Part shown: positions 26,001 to 36,990 of the stretch, piece after piece
Layout: the number at the start of each line of letters is the position of its first letter
How positions within the stretch are numbered: the first letter of the stretch is position 1
Source of the DNA: a virus
Taxonomy: Duplodnaviria > Caudoviricetes
Strand: one strand, 5' to 3'
Length of the DNA: 37,188 nt
Virus record (IMG/VR): IMGVR_UViG_3300020219_000034
Coordinates: 1 to 37,188 of that record
Program-made: the position numbers and the translations under genes
Notes under the pieces: model-generated
Databases searched by the model: none
Seen by the model: the letters and a program-made list of their open reading frames with translations, nothing else
Told to the model about the DNA's origin: nothing

Positions 26001-29000
26001 GCCCGGATCAGGCGAGGGAATTGGCGGCGTACACGATGACGCCGGCCGACCCCGAGGATCTGACGCCGTACGAGGGACCGCTGGAACCGACTACCGAATA
26101 GCCGACGACGAAGCGGTCGGCGCCGGCACGCCCTCGGTCAAGATCCGCAATAACCTGGCGGCAATCGCGCTACTGAAGCAGATCGAGGCCGAGCGCCGCG
26201 ACGCCACGCCAGACGAACAGACGATCCTCGCCCAGTACGTCGGCTGGGGCGGGCTCAATGAGGCGTTCCACTACGGCACCAAGACGTACACGGCGCTCCA
26301 AGAGGCGCTGACCGACGAGGAATACGGCGCCGCTCGCGCGTCCACGCCGAACGCGCACTACACGTCGGTCCCGGTCGTGCGCGCTATGTGGGCCGCCGTG
26401 GAACGGCTCGGCATCACCAGTGGCCGCGTGCTCGAGCCGTCGATGGGCGTCGGCAACTTCTACGGGGCGATGCCGGATGCGCTGCGCGCGTCCACGCTGC
26501 GCGGCGGTGTGGAGCTCGACACCATCACCGCCCGCATCGCCAAGGTGTTGTACCCCGAGACGGACGTGCAGGCGCGCGGATTCGAGTCCGCCCGGCTCCC
26601 GGACGGCTTTTTCGACCTCATCATCAGCAATGTGCCGTTCGGGGACTATGCCGTCCATGACTCGGCGTTCCGCGGCAGGCCCAAGGCGCTCAGGTCGTCC
26701 ATTCACAACTACTTCTTCGCCAAGGCGCTCGACAAGACGCGCCCTGGCGGGCTCGTGGCGTTCATCACGTCGCGCTACACGATGGACGGCAACACGGCCG
26801 AACATGCGACTGTCCGCGACTATCTCGCCACGCACGCGGACCTGATCGGCGCGGTGCGACTCCCAGACTCCGCGTTCAAGGCGAACGCGGGCACGGAAGT
26901 CGTCACTGACATCCTCTTCCTGCGTCGGCGCACCGCGGACCTTCCTGCGAAGGGGGAAGCATTCACACGGTTGGCCGAGAGCGGCGTCGAAGACCCCAAC
27001 AGCGGCCAACCGATCAAGATCAACGAGTACTACGTGGCGCACCCCAGGATGGTCGTGGGCCTCCACACCGCCGACGCCAAGATGTGGCGCGGCGGCGGCT
27101 ACAACGTGAAGCACGAGGGGGGCGACTTCGAGGCCGATCTCCGCGCGGCGCTGAACCGATTGCCAGCCAACGCCATCACCTACGACGAAACGCCGACCAA
27201 GGCCGCCACTGAAGACGCCCGCCGCGAGTCGGTGCCGGCCCCGGAGTTCGTCAAGCAAAATGCCTTCGTCCAGCAGGATGGCCGGCTGTGGGTGAAGCGT
27301 GGCGACGAGATGGAGTCGGTAGACGACCTCCCCGACGCCACCAAGGCGCGGATCGTCGGCATGATGGGCGTGCGCGGGGCGGCGAGGTCCACCATGCGCG
27401 CCATGCTCTCGCCCGAGGCCACCGACAGCGCGATCGTTGCCGCGCAGAAGACGCTGAACACGGTCTACGACGCCTTCGTCAAGAAGTTCGGGCACCTGAA
27501 CGACCGTGCCAATGAAGAGGCGTTCGACGAAGACCCGGATCTTCCGCTGCTGATGTCCCTCGAGAAGACCCACGGCCAGGGGAAGCCGCCGACCAAGGCC
27601 GCTATCTTTACCAGGCGCACGCTGTCGCCCCGGAAGGACGTCACGTCGGCCGAGTCGCCAAAGGAGGCCCTCCTTGTCTCGCTGAACAACACCGGGCGCG
27701 TCGACCTGTCGTTGATGGCGCGGTTGACCAGTCAGTCAGAAGACACGGTTGCGGATGCGCTGGCGGGGATCATCTACCAGACGCCTGGCGGCGTGTGGCT
27801 GACGGCCGACGACTACCTGTCTGGCCCCGTGCGGCAGAAGTTGGCCGAGGCCGAGGCCGCGGCAAAGATCGACCCCAAGAAGTTCCAGGCGAACGTCAGC
27901 GCGCTCACCGCGGTGCAGCCGACGGACCTCGCGCCGGTGGACATCGACGTGCGGCTCGGGTCGGCCTGGGTTCCCCCCGAGGTCTACAGCCAGTTCGTGA
28001 CAGAACTCCTCGAAGTCCGTAGAGACGGCTTCCGCATCACCTATGCCGCCCCGCTGGCGGCGTGGAAAGTCGACCCGACCTACGCCAAGGGCACCAAGAA
28101 CACCGCCGCCAATGAAACCAGGTGGGGCACCCCGGAGATCCTCGGCCACACGCTGATCGAAGAGGCCATGAATCTCAAGCTGCCGACCATCTACCAGAAG
28201 GACGGCGAAGGGAAATCGTCGGTCAACCAGGAACGCACCGTGGCCGCGCGGGAGAAACAGCAGGCCATCAAAGACGAGTTCGCCAAGTGGATCTGGAAGG
28301 ACACCGCTCGCGCCACCATGCTCGCGGACATCTACAACCGCGACTTCAACAACCTCCGGCTGCGGTCCTACGACGGGTCGCACTTGCAGTTGCCCGGGAT
28401 GTCCGCCGAGTTGACGCTGCGACCGCACCAGAAGACCGCGATCTGGCGCGTGCTGCAGTCCGCCAACACGGGACTCGGTCACGTCGTCGGCGCCGGGAAG
28501 ACATTCGAGATGATCGGCGCGGCTATCGAGTTGCGCCGGCTGGGGATGTCCCGGAAGCCGATGATTGTGGTGCCGAACCACCTTGTGTCGTATTGGGGCG
28601 CGGAAGTGCTGCGGATGTATCCCACGGCCAACGTGCTCGTGGCCACCAAGGCCGATTTCGCGGGCGGGCAACGCCAACGCTTCATGTCGCGCATCGCCAC
28701 CGGCGATTGGGACGCCGTCATCGTGGCCCATCGGTCGTTCGAGTTCCTGCCGATCTCAGACGAGGCGTTCAACGACTACTTGAAGGACCAGATCGCAGAG
28801 TACGAGAGCGCCATCGCCGACGCAGCGGCCGCCACCGGAAAGAAGTCGGCGAGCGTGAAGCAGATGGAGAAGGCGAAGAAGAACCTCGAGGCGCAGATCC
28901 GCGACCAGCGAGACGTAGAGGACCAGGACAAGACGCTGACGTTCGAGGAACTGGGCGTGGACAGCCTCTTCGTCGACGAAGCGCACATGTTCAAAAACCT

Positions 29001-32000
29001 CCAATTCGCCACGAAGATGACGCGCATCGCCGGCCTGCCGACCACGGGCTCCGATCGCGCCTTCGACATGCGCTTGAAGGTGCTGCACATCCAGCGCCTC
29101 AAGGGCCGCACCGTGTTCGCGACCGGCACGCCGCTGAGCAACACGATGGCCGAAATGTTCACGATGCAGCGGTACCTGCAGCCGGACGACATGCGCGCGT
29201 CGGGCATGGCGCACTTCGACGCCTGGGCACAGCAGTACGGGTCGGTCGTGGTGTCACAGGAACTCGCCCCCGAGGGCACCGGCTACCGCTCGCGCACCCG
29301 CTTCGCCCAGTTCTCGAACCTCCCCGAGCTGCTCACCATGTTCCGGCAGGTGTGGGACATCGTCACGGCCAAGGACGTCAAACTTCCCACGCCGAGAATC
29401 AAGGGCGGCACGCCGGAAGTGGTCGCCGTGGAGCCGAGCGCCGCCATGAAGCGGCTGATGCAGAGCCTTGTCGTGCGTGCGGCGGCGCTCCGCGGAGAAC
29501 CGGTCACGGTCAACGGACTGACCTTCACGCCAGCGAAGCCCGATGCCAAAGACGACAATATGCTGATGGTCACAGGGGACGGGCGCAAGGCGGCGCTCGA
29601 CATGCGGCTACTCGGCCTGGGCTCGCCGCTCGAGGCGTCCACGAAGGTGCGTGCGGCCGTCACGCGCATCTCGGACATTTACAAGGCGAACACGCGCCGC
29701 AAGGGCGCCCAGCTCGTGTTCCTAGATCAAGGCACGCCAGGAAAGAAGAAGGGGAAAAGCTTCAACCTCTACGCCGACTTGCGCGATCGGCTCGTTCGCG
29801 ACGGTATCCCGCGCGACCAGATCGCGTTCATCCACGACGCCAAGAGCGACGACGACAAGCTCGCGATGGTCGAGAAGGTCAACACGGGCGAGGTCCGTAT
29901 CCTCATCGGGTCGACCGAGAAGATGGGCGCCGGCATGAACGCGCAGAAGAAGCTCGTCGCGCTCCACCATCTCGACGTGCCGTGGCGCCCGTCAGACATT
30001 GAACAGCGCGAGGGGCGGATCATCCGCCAGGGCAACGAGTTCTACGACGCCGACCCAGAGGGCTTCGAGGTCGAAGTGCTCCGCTATGTCACCAAGGAGT
30101 CCTTTGACGCCTACTCGTGGCAAACCCTCGAGAGCAAAGCCAGGTTCATTGAGCAGGCCATGCGCGGAGACATCACGGTCCGCAGGGCCGACGACGTTGA
30201 TGGCGGCGCGCTCACCTATGCCGAAGTGAAGGCGCTGGCGTCCGGCAATCCAATGGTGATCGACAAGGTGAAAGTCGATGCCGAGTTGCGGAAGCTCGAG
30301 TTGCTGGAATCCGCGCACAAGCGGGAACGGTGGCTCACCCAGCGGGAGGCCAGCGACCTCCCGGAACGTATCGAGGGAATCACGCGGACGCTGGCCGGCG
30401 TCAAAGCGATCCTCGCCGCCCGCAAGATCCCGGACACGTTCACCATGACGATTGGCGGCACGACGTTCGACAAACGAGACGAGGCTGACAAGGCGTTTGT
30501 CAAGGCCACCGACAGCGCGCCCCAGGTCGCCCGCGTCATCGCCACCTACGCCGGGCTGAACATCAGCGCCAGGCGATACAGGGGCGAAGGCTCGGGCGGC
30601 ACGACAGTGAACATCCTATCGGTGTACTACGGCACAGGCAGCCACCGCGAAGACACCGGCGACACCGTGCGGTCGATTGAGTTCTCGGTGAAGCACCGCG
30701 TCGAGGAACGGATCGACTCGCTCGAAAACGAATTGCAAGAGGCGCAGAAGAAGAGCGCCGACGTGGCGGCGTTGCTGGCGGAGCCGTTCGGGAAGACGGC
30801 CCGCATGGCCGAACTCGTCATCGAACAGAAGCGGCTGGCCGCGTTGCTGAGCCTCGACGTCAAGAGCCAGACGCTCGCCTCAGATGTCGAAGACACTGGC
30901 GGCGCCACGACCGGCACGTCCGAAGACGCGGCCATCGGCGTGTTCGCCCAGAGGAATCCCAGCCAGCGTGTGAGCCTGCCCGTGGCGCTGGTGCCAGTGC
31001 GTCAGGCGGCGCCACTCGCGACGATTCAGGGCGATGTCGCACTACCGGAACTGGTGATGTTCGCCCGCGAGCTTGCGCGCGACGTGCGCGTAGTGCGCGG
31101 GTTCCGCAACGCGCTGTCGGGGGCGAAGCACCGATCGGGGCACCTGATCTTCACCGCGGACCTGTTCAAGCCCGAGAACGTCGGGCAGTTGGCACAGATC
31201 GTCGCCCACGAAATAGGCCACCTAGTGGACTACCTCCCGACCATGACGATGAAGCGCGGCAACGTCCTCGGACGGCTGCGAACGCTCCACCGCTTCATGA
31301 AAGCCAGCTACACCGACGCTGATGGGCGCACCGTGACCAACCTCAAGGTGCGGAACGAACTCAAGAAGCTCTCCGCTGCATGGCGCCCCTGGCCGGACGC
31401 CCACGACGAGAAGTACCGCGCCTACCGGGACAGCGCCAAGGAGCTGTACGCCGACGCCATCAGCGTGCTGTTCAACAACCCCGAGCAGTTGAAGTGGCAC
31501 GCGCCGACGTTCTATCGGGAGTTCTTCGCCAACCTGGACCAGAAGCCTGACGTCAAAGCCGCCTACTTCGGGCTGCAAGAGCTGCTGTCTGGCACACGCG
31601 AGGAACTGATCGCCCGCCGCCGTCTCGGCGTACAGGGGATGTTCGCTGAAGCGGACACGAAAGCACTCGACCTCGAGGCGTTGCGCCAGGCCGAGCGCCA
31701 GAAGGCTCGCGGGGACTTCGCCTACCGAATGCGGCTCGAGCTTGTGGACAAGAACATCGCCGTGATCGACCGCATCGAAGCGCGTGAGGCGCAAGGGATC
31801 GTGCAGAACCCTGACGACGATGCCCGCTACTTCCTCAAGGAAATGCGCCACCTGGGCGCGAAGCAGCACGGGTTCCTCAACCGCACCTTCCAACCGATGA
31901 AGGACACCCTAGAGGCGGCCGGCGTCTCGTGGAGCCAGTTCGGGGAAGCCCTGATGTATGCGCGCATCGCCAGCGGCGACCGCACGGACATGGCGAACCC

Positions 32001-34260
32001 ACGCGGCCTGGACGTGGCCGCCGTGCCGGAGATGCTGGCGGCCGTCCGAGCCGAGCTGACCGACAAGGGCCGCACGGCGCTCGACGCGGCGCTCGCCAGC
32101 TTCCGCGCCGCCGTTAAGGGTGTCTCCAAAGACGCGTTCGACGCCGGGCTTTACACGCCCGATCTCTACGAGAAGATGGCGGAGAACCCGGCGTGGGCCG
32201 CGTTCCGCGTCGTGGACTACATGCACAAGGACGTGACCTCGACCGTGCATCACCAGATCGGCACGGTGAAGGACATCCAGAACCCCGCGGACGCGACGAT
32301 CCTCAAGTTGCTCGTGACCATCCGGGCCACCGAGTTCAACAAGATGAAAACGGCGGTGTTCGCCTCGATTCCGGACGAGTCCACGCCGGCCGTCATGGGC
32401 TTTGACGGCAAAGGCATGAGCCCGAAGCCGCCCGAGGACGCCGCGCTCGAACTTGTGGAATACCGAGAGAAAGGGCGGCGCAAGGGCATGTATGTGCCCA
32501 AGGACGTGGCCGTTGCCATCAACAACGAGAGCATCGGCGGGAATCTTGCGGTGCTCGAGGCCGTGCGGTTTGCCAACGCCAAGTGGTTCCGCCCGGTGTT
32601 CACCGGGATCAACCTGTCGTTCCAGGCCGCGAACCTCCTCCGCGACTTCCAGCGGACGTGGATGAACACCCCTGGCGCCACGCTCGGGAGCACTTTGAAG
32701 TACTACGCCAAGGCTGTGCCGCTGGCCCGGCAGCGCGCGTTCGGGCCGAGGGCGAAGCCCACCGCCAAAAACCTCGCGGTGGCGAAGCTGCTCGCCGACG
32801 CGACCGAGGCGCGCATTCTCGGCGTGACCATGAACGACCTCATCGCGGGACGGCCGAAGGAAGACAGCCTCGTCGAAGAACTGTTCTCGCAGCACGGCAT
32901 CAAGCGCGCGGGTCCGCCAGCCACCGGCCTCACCGGCCCAGTCATGGAAGTGGTCGACCGCGTCGAGAAGCTCGGCAACTTCATCGAAACGCTCCCCAAG
33001 GCCGCGAGCATCTACGAGATGACCTCGGACGGGCGCCAGATCAGCGACCTCGACGCGGCCGAGCGCGCCTTTATCCGCGAGAAGGTGGGCAGTCCCGATT
33101 TCCTGATCGGTGGCACGCTCAAGCCCATCACGAACGAAGTGGCCCTCTTCTCGAACGCCATCACGCAGGCGATTCGGGCGGACTATGCCATCGCCACGAC
33201 CAAGGGCACCCGCGCTCCGTTCTGGCGCAAAATGGCCGCAGCCGTGATGGTCCCCACACTCCTGACGTTCGCGATCGAGCATCTGCTGGGCGACGATGAC
33301 GACGACGACACCGGCTGGGGCTACGTGCGGCGCATCCTGCGTGGCGTGAGCGAGTACGACAAGACCAACTTCTACATCATCCCGAGAGGGCTGGACGAGC
33401 ACGGCAACAGCCGCTACTGGCGCATCCCGCGATCGGACGCCGGCCGGTTGATCGGCGGCGTGCTCCGCAAGGGGCTGCTCGCGGCCGGCGGCGAGGTCGA
33501 GGTACTCCAGTCAGCCGCGACCGTCTTCGACTACATCACGGGGCAGGCGCCGGGCCTCACGCCGAGTCTGGGCGTTCTGGCTGATACCGGACGGTTCCTG
33601 TCCGGCCAGAACATCTACGACGACTTCCGCAGCCGCGAAGTGTTCAGCCGGGATGAGATGGCGCTGCCGCTGCCCGAGCGCGCCAAGAAGTTCATCGGCT
33701 ACGAGATCCAACAGGTCGGCCCGAGCGCCATCGGCCGGTTCATCGCCGGAGACGCGCGCCCGCGCGACCTCACCACGGGGCAAGTCCTCCTCGAGATGAC
33801 GCCCGTCGCAGGCCGGTTCTATCGGATCTCGAACTACGGCCTGATCGAACGGCTCCGCAAGGCCCAGAAGCCCGTGCAGGCGTCCGAAGCGCGCAGCCGG
33901 CGGGCCGAGACGGCGGCGGTCGCTGGCGCTGTGCAGGCGTATCTCAAGAAAGCGCCCCCGTCGCGGACCCAGGCCGCGCAGGAAACCCTGGCGCGCAAGG
34001 TCGTCAAGGAACTCTACGCAGACCTTCCCCAGCGCGAACAGGACGAGCAGTTCCGAGACGTGAAGAAGAAGATCCGCATGGGCGCGGCCCGTGGCGGTCA
34101 CGACCCAGTCACCACGGCAGTGCTGAGCGCCCAGACCACGGCCCAGCGCGTGGCGATCATCGCCGAAGCCTTCCCGTCGGCCGCACGCCGTCGCGCGTGG
34201 GTCCAGCGCGCGGTGCAAGAGAAGGTCATCACCAAATCGGTCGCGCAGGCGGCACAATGA
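20062..34260 (+). CDS. Giant polyvalent internal virion protein (4732 aa): repeats, membrane-like segment, ART-PolyVal-like domain, DarB-like N6-MTase + SNF2 helicase, zincin HExxH, LPD38-like C-terminus
   Basis: [11 protein letters not shown] (26428-26460), NVPF (26629-26640), GHVVGAGKT (28477-28503), DEAH (28975-28986), [17 protein letters not shown] (30001-30036), HEIGH (31207-31221); position of the largest ejection protein. Confidence 0.92.
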   Translation: MPTRPLDPFDVARSMGLAVEDDTPTLETHDQDWQRQSILAGTAEMRPPTPRPAARTPRVDPFDVARTMGLTIEEDTPDPDPFDVARSMGLTIEEDTDTLSLDAALPSGPTRADDPRRALPAAGVDEPTFQAWYGQRAKTLGLDPNPDAPEQSYDYRAAFAAGAEPGPDGHWPSAFKKPGHPNEVVGGFNTRTGARVPGTPRASRDDLVRLGWEPDAAARLDATQEPSAAKSMGDIMGQATGISRAPEPRGALGTLADFGMSLPRRLGVDPVISAVKGAIGAVNVPVGLADIATGGRVGQFLEETIGFRPAEATKILSSWYSKKQREGSAAVQAADGVLATAVAALSNPGVVANTVVESAPMMLAGGAIGRAIPYASAGVRGALGEGIASAGSAASHTREGSEDGRLTVKQSALAVATGAATTTFGLLGNRIAQSLGIADIDTMIAAGAASPVAARGLATRVALGMVQEGVLEELPQSISEQLLANVAQDRPILEGVDESAVLGLFSGAVMGGGANIRRPRTAAGAPPAPPLADLASEAPPAGPSPAPVDVPPVAPRGAPPAYVPTDLETRNVRRLMAEPGRTTISINDVSSATAMRPREAGAAIDQLEREGLVTPTSQAGTYTLTQPAPAAEAPPATMRDALGPLPPGVSAEQTQQLTALGYAPERVAAMTLPEVQEALRTGTPAVERRQQPRGLVAPAIADPMSPEGLVALGTEFMENPARQADVASMRTATRAEAPPREGRAESEQRDLTNTKVTDHTGAPIVVYRGRDSSGTGRVRSGAAYFTADQTAARQYADEYGGDVLAARLSLTNPARDTDIRRVAATAEIALVDDGHPVAYLDQNTALRDALVAAGYDGAIGNDRRLDDQGDITSYVVFAPDQIVPADDAKAGPSAPEVLDAAPEDRQRVAGTRPEVLDRERPDLGIDARGQEIEAQEPIPRQSYEDDTRWEDWKAGDTLKLVDGRIVTVARAAADPFSGLQVTLDGRRWSVNQELVEGRVDAVPTAATVVDDAATVDARGLPIAPRDAGVIPARMAVKFANASKGAIEVSTLVEAKRAAQTLQAQRDDNGPGAGRLPVISIIDAETGEQFAVISPNGRIWRQAAGKKWTPATKEIDASVDVTPAADAQSQPGQYVKHPLIVDGKEVGQILGRLTARGRVKVVSAGLPGTVEMSLGIGDIVERDSSWLTVPKSQWPGIWEDGERVESSKSLAKDVADDGRAPKTIDRPTLRGAPAPVPDPKPAAEMTDEEMAAEIRARLTREAEAEAPVAKPTKGGPPRKTRAPKADPAETQWAEVLASARAVDPDVDETDLRDEYDFRETRAWDEAKDAADAGTLVLLKEIASLGGLHEKQGGQVEELFRLRQGQAFGAVGGVRGVLSIDPKRGLALDDMLDQLRGDGRFNQIETTDDILEFINTVQIKGVPKPTPSLTALGVTPATAWWKNRQRPEADPDAGFANDSVDPGKGDISFDGDAAPAAPDVAPTDATTAPGVWAPFAIARGTEVQIRDNTERASIELKFDGKPDETVRAALKREGFRWFGPSKTWYSKAKDRRARAERALNVTPAPAAPAAPAERPVSSQDAPVTLIIKPLFGSDETSTVTVGGPATTWGHAAKMSPGAEMDWWANATEELGAVRARAGAIGAGVVLRVDSGSFTRVLVFEPDNGGGRQVKLGAAQVEPAWRDGKLVPEQPREAAKTPSKTGKPPTAWDAIGTNAVGQTIYEDERGVRSYVENGVRQTEAVALAPTRGGTSRTGPTPRSSSRATDWTLLKVHPSVVDTRADLAEEAGAQQRIATSRAESQAASKAALAEKKPVTPQITPARAPDAAAAAPAVDAKAAARAARRAAVQGEIDSAVAGIKAELRKSGSTLSSGLPVPSDVLLVQTVKLVRAYTKAGIIDAQEGWENFQEDLGALAAQARRAFTMAWGMVHGVAEPTLADLGPQAQTQGEAPNDAAREDTAAAADEPAGQGDGPPDPRGRTTSGDEPGSGEGIGGVHDDAGRPRGSDAVRGTAGTDYRIADDEAVGAGTPSVKIRNNLAAIALLKQIEAERRDATPDEQTILAQYVGWGGLNEAFHYGTKTYTALQEALTDEEYGAARASTPNAHYTSVPVVRAMWAAVERLGITSGRVLEPSMGVGNFYGAMPDALRASTLRGGVELDTITARIAKVLYPETDVQARGFESARLPDGFFDLIISNVPFGDYAVHDSAFRGRPKALRSSIHNYFFAKALDKTRPGGLVAFITSRYTMDGNTAEHATVRDYLATHADLIGAVRLPDSAFKANAGTEVVTDILFLRRRTADLPAKGEAFTRLAESGVEDPNSGQPIKINEYYVAHPRMVVGLHTADAKMWRGGGYNVKHEGGDFEADLRAALNRLPANAITYDETPTKAATEDARRESVPAPEFVKQNAFVQQDGRLWVKRGDEMESVDDLPDATKARIVGMMGVRGAARSTMRAMLSPEATDSAIVAAQKTLNTVYDAFVKKFGHLNDRANEEAFDEDPDLPLLMSLEKTHGQGKPPTKAAIFTRRTLSPRKDVTSAESPKEALLVSLNNTGRVDLSLMARLTSQSEDTVADALAGIIYQTPGGVWLTADDYLSGPVRQKLAEAEAAAKIDPKKFQANVSALTAVQPTDLAPVDIDVRLGSAWVPPEVYSQFVTELLEVRRDGFRITYAAPLAAWKVDPTYAKGTKNTAANETRWGTPEILGHTLIEEAMNLKLPTIYQKDGEGKSSVNQERTVAAREKQQAIKDEFAKWIWKDTARATMLADIYNRDFNNLRLRSYDGSHLQLPGMSAELTLRPHQKTAIWRVLQSANTGLGHVVGAGKTFEMIGAAIELRRLGMSRKPMIVVPNHLVSYWGAEVLRMYPTANVLVATKADFAGGQRQRFMSRIATGDWDAVIVAHRSFEFLPISDEAFNDYLKDQIAEYESAIADAAAATGKKSASVKQMEKAKKNLEAQIRDQRDVEDQDKTLTFEELGVDSLFVDEAHMFKNLQFATKMTRIAGLPTTGSDRAFDMRLKVLHIQRLKGRTVFATGTPLSNTMAEMFTMQRYLQPDDMRASGMAHFDAWAQQYGSVVVSQELAPEGTGYRSRTRFAQFSNLPELLTMFRQVWDIVTAKDVKLPTPRIKGGTPEVVAVEPSAAMKRLMQSLVVRAAALRGEPVTVNGLTFTPAKPDAKDDNMLMVTGDGRKAALDMRLLGLGSPLEASTKVRAAVTRISDIYKANTRRKGAQLVFLDQGTPGKKKGKSFNLYADLRDRLVRDGIPRDQIAFIHDAKSDDDKLAMVEKVNTGEVRILIGSTEKMGAGMNAQKKLVALHHLDVPWRPSDIEQREGRIIRQGNEFYDADPEGFEVEVLRYVTKESFDAYSWQTLESKARFIEQAMRGDITVRRADDVDGGALTYAEVKALASGNPMVIDKVKVDAELRKLELLESAHKRERWLTQREASDLPERIEGITRTLAGVKAILAARKIPDTFTMTIGGTTFDKRDEADKAFVKATDSAPQVARVIATYAGLNISARRYRGEGSGGTTVNILSVYYGTGSHREDTGDTVRSIEFSVKHRVEERIDSLENELQEAQKKSADVAALLAEPFGKTARMAELVIEQKRLAALLSLDVKSQTLASDVEDTGGATTGTSEDAAIGVFAQRNPSQRVSLPVALVPVRQAAPLATIQGDVALPELVMFARELARDVRVVRGFRNALSGAKHRSGHLIFTADLFKPENVGQLAQIVAHEIGHLVDYLPTMTMKRGNVLGRLRTLHRFMKASYTDADGRTVTNLKVRNELKKLSAAWRPWPDAHDEKYRAYRDSAKELYADAISVLFNNPEQLKWHAPTFYREFFANLDQKPDVKAAYFGLQELLSGTREELIARRRLGVQGMFAEADTKALDLEALRQAERQKARGDFAYRMRLELVDKNIAVIDRIEAREAQGIVQNPDDDARYFLKEMRHLGAKQHGFLNRTFQPMKDTLEAAGVSWSQFGEALMYARIASGDRTDMANPRGLDVAAVPEMLAAVRAELTDKGRTALDAALASFRAAVKGVSKDAFDAGLYTPDLYEKMAENPAWAAFRVVDYMHKDVTSTVHHQIGTVKDIQNPADATILKLLVTIRATEFNKMKTAVFASIPDESTPAVMGFDGKGMSPKPPEDAALELVEYREKGRRKGMYVPKDVAVAINNESIGGNLAVLEAVRFANAKWFRPVFTGINLSFQAANLLRDFQRTWMNTPGATLGSTLKYYAKAVPLARQRAFGPRAKPTAKNLAVAKLLADATEARILGVTMNDLIAGRPKEDSLVEELFSQHGIKRAGPPATGLTGPVMEVVDRVEKLGNFIETLPKAASIYEMTSDGRQISDLDAAERAFIREKVGSPDFLIGGTLKPITNEVALFSNAITQAIRADYAIATTKGTRAPFWRKMAAAVMVPTLLTFAIEHLLGDDDDDDTGWGYVRRILRGVSEYDKTNFYIIPRGLDEHGNSRYWRIPRSDAGRLIGGVLRKGLLAAGGEVEVLQSAATVFDYITGQAPGLTPSLGVLADTGRFLSGQNIYDDFRSREVFSRDEMALPLPERAKKFIGYEIQQVGPSAIGRFIAGDARPRDLTTGQVLLEMTPVAGRFYRISNYGLIERLRKAQKPVQASEARSRRAETAAVAGAVQAYLKKAPPSRTQAAQETLARKVVKELYADLPQREQDEQFRDVKKKIRMGAARGGHDPVTTAVLSAQTTAQRVAIIAEAFPSAARRRAWVQRAVQEKVITKSVAQAAQ
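20080..20349 (+). repeat. Three copies of DPFDVAR(S/T)MGL(A/T)(V/I)E(D/E)DT at the N-terminus of the giant protein
   Basis: Copies start at 20080, 20239 and 20299. Confidence 0.95.
20349..20357 (+). promoter_or_regulatory. Internal extended -10 element TG-A-TACACT (leaderless-type)
   Basis: TGnTAnnnT pattern ending 8 nt before the nested ATG at 20366. Confidence 0.45.
20366..20434 (+). CDS. Nested +1-frame hydrophobic peptide [22 protein letters not shown] (22 aa)
   Basis: 20 of 22 codons end in G/C in this frame; 13 of 23 end in A/T in the host frame (hand count); promoter-like element upstream. Confidence 0.45.
   Translation: MPRCLPGRLVPTILAALYLLLV
25856..25884 (+). promoter_or_regulatory. 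Internal sigma70-like promoter TTGCGG-N17-CAGACT
   Basis: Canonical 17-nt spacing; immediately followed by a GGGAGAGG RBS and the nested ATG. Confidence 0.5.
25901..26101 (+). CDS. Nested +1-frame gene (66 aa) overprinting the linker before the MTase domain
   Basis: GGGAGAGG RBS 6 nt upstream; 55 of 66 codons end in G/C versus about 35 of 67 in the host frame (hand count); helical protein-like core [27 protein letters not shown]. Confidence 0.72.
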   Translation: MTQPAKIPPPPPMSPQAKEMARQIRVDALQAGMSPDQARELAAYTMTPADPEDLTPYEGPLEPTTE

Positions 34261-34295
34261 GGGCACCGGCGCAGGCCGTGCGAAAGGAACAGTAA

Positions 34296-35477
34296 ATGCC
34301 AGGCACGCTCATGCCGGTTCCCCGGCACCAGTTCTTCGACGGCAACGGCACCCCGTTGGCCGGCGGCAAGCTCCACACCTTCCTCGCTGGCACCAATACG
34401 CCGTCGCCTGTCTACCAGGACTCCGCCTTGACCGTCCCGCACACCAATCCGGTGACGCTTGACGGCGACGGCCGAGAGACGTTCTTTCTGAGCGACGCTG
34501 TCAACTACAAGATCAATTTGAAGACGGCGGCGCTCGTGGACGTCTGGACCGTCGACAACGTGATGGGCGCGCTCTCAAGCGTCCTGACGGTCACCGCGGC
34601 CAATGTCCGCGGCCTGCAAATCAGCCGCTCCGCCGCCGACGCGGGCCTCAGCATCCAATCGATCGGCGGCACCGGCAAAACCTACGGGATCGTCTCGACC
34701 ACCGCGGGCGCGCTCATCATTCGAGACGACGCCGACGGCACGCCGTCGCTCACGTTCCTCGGCAACGACATCACCGCGGCACTCACGGGGCTCTTCACGA
34801 TCGCTGGCGGCCTCTTGTCGGTGACAGGGGCTGGCGACCACATGTTCGCTGGCGCCACTGCTGGCGCCAACCGGCTGGGGATTCGGAATATCACGAACGG
34901 CGCGGCCGCGGTCGCGTCCTTCCTGTTGGGGAATGACGCGGCCACCAACGTGGGCGCCCTGTTCGCCTTGAGCAGCGGGTACGTGACCGCCGGCGCCTAC
35001 GTGCAGGACGGGTTGGTGCTGGAATCCACACGAGTGGGGGGGCTCAGCATCTTCGCCTCGCACGTGAGTGGGGCCATTCGCTTCTTCGCGGGCGGGTTCG
35101 CCGTCACGCCGGCCATTACGATCTCCGCGTCCGGGGGCGTGTCGATTGGGGCGCTCACGCTCACGCCAACGAGTCCCCCGATTGGCACCACGCACAACTG
35201 GGCGATCGGCAACGCGAGCTGCATCCTCTTCATGAGCGGCTTCGCCGCCGCCGATTTCACAGGCATCGCGGGCGGCGTCAGCGGGCGGCAAATCTGGGTG
35301 GTCACGTCACCCGCGTCAGCGGCCTCGCTCACGCTACGACACGAAAACGCTGGTTCACTCGCGGCGAATCGCATCACCTGCGCCACTGGGGCGGACATCG
35401 TCGTGACAGCCACCAAAGCGGTGCAGATGATCTACGACGGGAACAGCAGCCGCTGGCTCGCGTTCGACGTGAAGTAG
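34296..35477 (+). CDS. Tail fibre/spike with a P22 head-binding-like N-terminal domain
   Basis: QFFDGNGTPLAGGKL.TF.AGT.TP...Y.D...NPV.LD..GR N-terminus; Gly/Ala/Thr-rich shaft; C-terminal ...YDGNSSRW domain; AAAGGA RBS. Confidence 0.85.
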   Translation: MPGTLMPVPRHQFFDGNGTPLAGGKLHTFLAGTNTPSPVYQDSALTVPHTNPVTLDGDGRETFFLSDAVNYKINLKTAALVDVWTVDNVMGALSSVLTVTAANVRGLQISRSAADAGLSIQSIGGTGKTYGIVSTTAGALIIRDDADGTPSLTFLGNDITAALTGLFTIAGGLLSVTGAGDHMFAGATAGANRLGIRNITNGAAAVASFLLGNDAATNVGALFALSSGYVTAGAYVQDGLVLESTRVGGLSIFASHVSGAIRFFAGGFAVTPAITISASGGVSIGALTLTPTSPPIGTTHNWAIGNASCILFMSGFAAADFTGIAGGVSGRQIWVVTSPASAASLTLRHENAGSLAANRITCATGADIVVTATKAVQMIYDGNSSRWLAFDVK

Positions 35478-35489
35478 TAGGACCCCCAC

Positions 35490-35711
35490 ATGGAAGAAGG
35501 AGTTGCAGGATGGATCGCCGAATCGCTCAAGTATGGACCCCTCGGGGCGGTGCTCGTCGCGAGCTACTTCCGGCTCTGGATGTGGCGCACGGACCACGTG
35601 GAGGCGCTCGCCGCCCAGACGGCGCTCTACGAGCGTATCCTCGACTTGCAGACCAAGCGCATCAACGACCTGGCACCCGATCGCGATCCGCTCAGAGCGA
35701 AGAGGACCTGA
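35490..35711 (+). CDS. Small membrane protein, holin-like
   Basis: One hydrophobic segment (YGPLGAVLVASYFRLWMW) plus a charged tail; first gene of the lysis cassette. Confidence 0.55.
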   Translation: MEEGVAGWIAESLKYGPLGAVLVASYFRLWMWRTDHVEALAAQTALYERILDLQTKRINDLAPDRDPLRAKRT

Positions 35712-35713
35712 CG

Positions 35714-35914
35714 ATGTGGCGGCGCATGGCGGCATGGGCGACGCGGGTGTGGCGGGCACGGGCGACATACACGGCGACGGGGCCGCCCCGGGTGGAATCG
35801 GTCGACAGTGTGGCGTTCCGCGCGGGCATCACGATAGACGAGCGCGAGGCCGAGGAGATGCAACGGATGCTCGACCATATCAATGCGGCGGCGGCGCGAG
35901 GGCGGGCATCATGA
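35714..35914 (+). CDS. Small hypothetical protein in the lysis cassette (66 aa)
   Basis: GAGGA RBS; amphipathic Trp/Arg N-terminus; ATGA coupling to the next gene. Confidence 0.55.
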   Translation: MWRRMAAWATRVWRARATYTATGPPRVESVDSVAFRAGITIDEREAEEMQRMLDHINAAAARGRAS

Positions 35915-36435
35915 CGGCGAGGACGCTCGCCACGCCGGCGGGGTGGTCGGTCGTGGCGATCGCCGTGGCGCTGCTCACGGAGCTGATCCCGCCGCCCGGG
36001 AATGCGCTCGCACGATTCTGGCTCCTGGCCACGCTGCTCATTCGGGACATCCTCGTCGCCAAGCACGCGGCAGCGGAGACGGCGCGCGAGTTGGCGGACG
36101 TCAAGTTCGCCCTCCTGCTCGCCAGCACCGCGCGCTCGAAGGAGTTCGCAGAGGCGAGCCTCCGGTTTGCGGACGTGGCGCGGAAGATGGAGAGCGACAA
36201 GACGACAGCGCGGACAGACCTTGAGGCGCAGACCACGACACTGTCGGCGAAGATTGCCGAGGGCACCAAGGCGTCCAAGGAGGCGCAGCGAGAGGCCAAT
36301 GACGTGAACCAGAAGATCGCGAGCTTGAACAAGCGCCTTGTGGACGCCATTCCGCCGCGCGCGCAGATCGACGACATCCAGCAGACCGGCGAAGAGACGC
36401 ACGACATCGTCCTCGGCGCGCTCAAGGACAAATGA
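35911..36435 (+). CDS. Membrane-anchored coiled-coil protein (holin/spanin-like)
   Basis: Two N-terminal hydrophobic segments, then a long coiled coil; ATGA overlaps on both sides. Confidence 0.65.
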   Translation: MTARTLATPAGWSVVAIAVALLTELIPPPGNALARFWLLATLLIRDILVAKHAAAETARELADVKFALLLASTARSKEFAEASLRFADVARKMESDKTTARTDLEAQTTTLSAKIAEGTKASKEAQREANDVNQKIASLNKRLVDAIPPRAQIDDIQQTGEETHDIVLGALKDK

Positions 36436-36959
36436 CCAGCGACGAGATCATCGCCGGCATCGTCGACCGCGAGGGCGGCTTCTCGGACCATCCCAACGAC
36501 CGTGGCGGCCCGACGAACCACGGGATCACGGTCAAGACGCTCGGCGCGTGGCGCAAGCTCGGACGCCAGGCCACGCGCGAGGAAGTGCGGAAGCTCACGG
36601 TCACGGAAGCCGCCGACATTTACCGCCACCGCTACATCCTCGGCCCCGGCTTCGACGCCATCACGTTCGAGCCGCTCAGAGTCCAGGTCGTGGACGACGG
36701 CGTGTTGTCGGGCCCCTACGAGGCCACGCAGACGCTCCAGGAGGCGCTCCGGGTGACGGCGGACGGCGTGTTCGGCGGCCGGACCAAGGCTGCGCTCGCC
36801 GGCGCCGATCCGGCCGTCATCCACATCCGCGTGCTCAAGGCCCGGCTGCTGCGCTACGCGACGATCGTGCGCGACAACCGCAGCCAGGGCGATTTCATCC
36901 TCGGCTGGACGACGCGCGCGCTCGGCTTTCTCGACGATCACGGCCGTCCGTCAAATTAA
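36432..36959 (+). CDS. Endolysin, glycoside hydrolase family 108 with a C-terminal peptidoglycan-binding region
   Basis: REGGFSDHPNDRGGPTNHGIT catalytic motif; LQEAL.V.ADG.FG..T; FILGW..R. Confidence 0.93.
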   Translation: MTSDEIIAGIVDREGGFSDHPNDRGGPTNHGITVKTLGAWRKLGRQATREEVRKLTVTEAADIYRHRYILGPGFDAITFEPLRVQVVDDGVLSGPYEATQTLQEALRVTADGVFGGRTKAALAGADPAVIHIRVLKARLLRYATIVRDNRSQGDFILGWTTRALGFLDDHGRPSN

Positions 36960-36979
36960 TGACACGGGTAGTGTATTCT
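36949..36979 (+). promoter_or_regulatory. Palindrome CGTCA-N6-TGACA followed by a -10-like TATTCT
   Basis: CGTCA 36949-36953, TGACA 36960-36964, TATTCT 36974-36979, upstream of ATG 36991. Confidence 0.55.
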
Positions 36980-36990
36980 CAGGTCTTCAA

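Noticed and set aside
28122-30002. 626-aa alternative + frame ORF inside the helicase region
   Set aside because: Arg/Gly/Ala low-complexity shadow; codon bias and motifs belong to the host frame.
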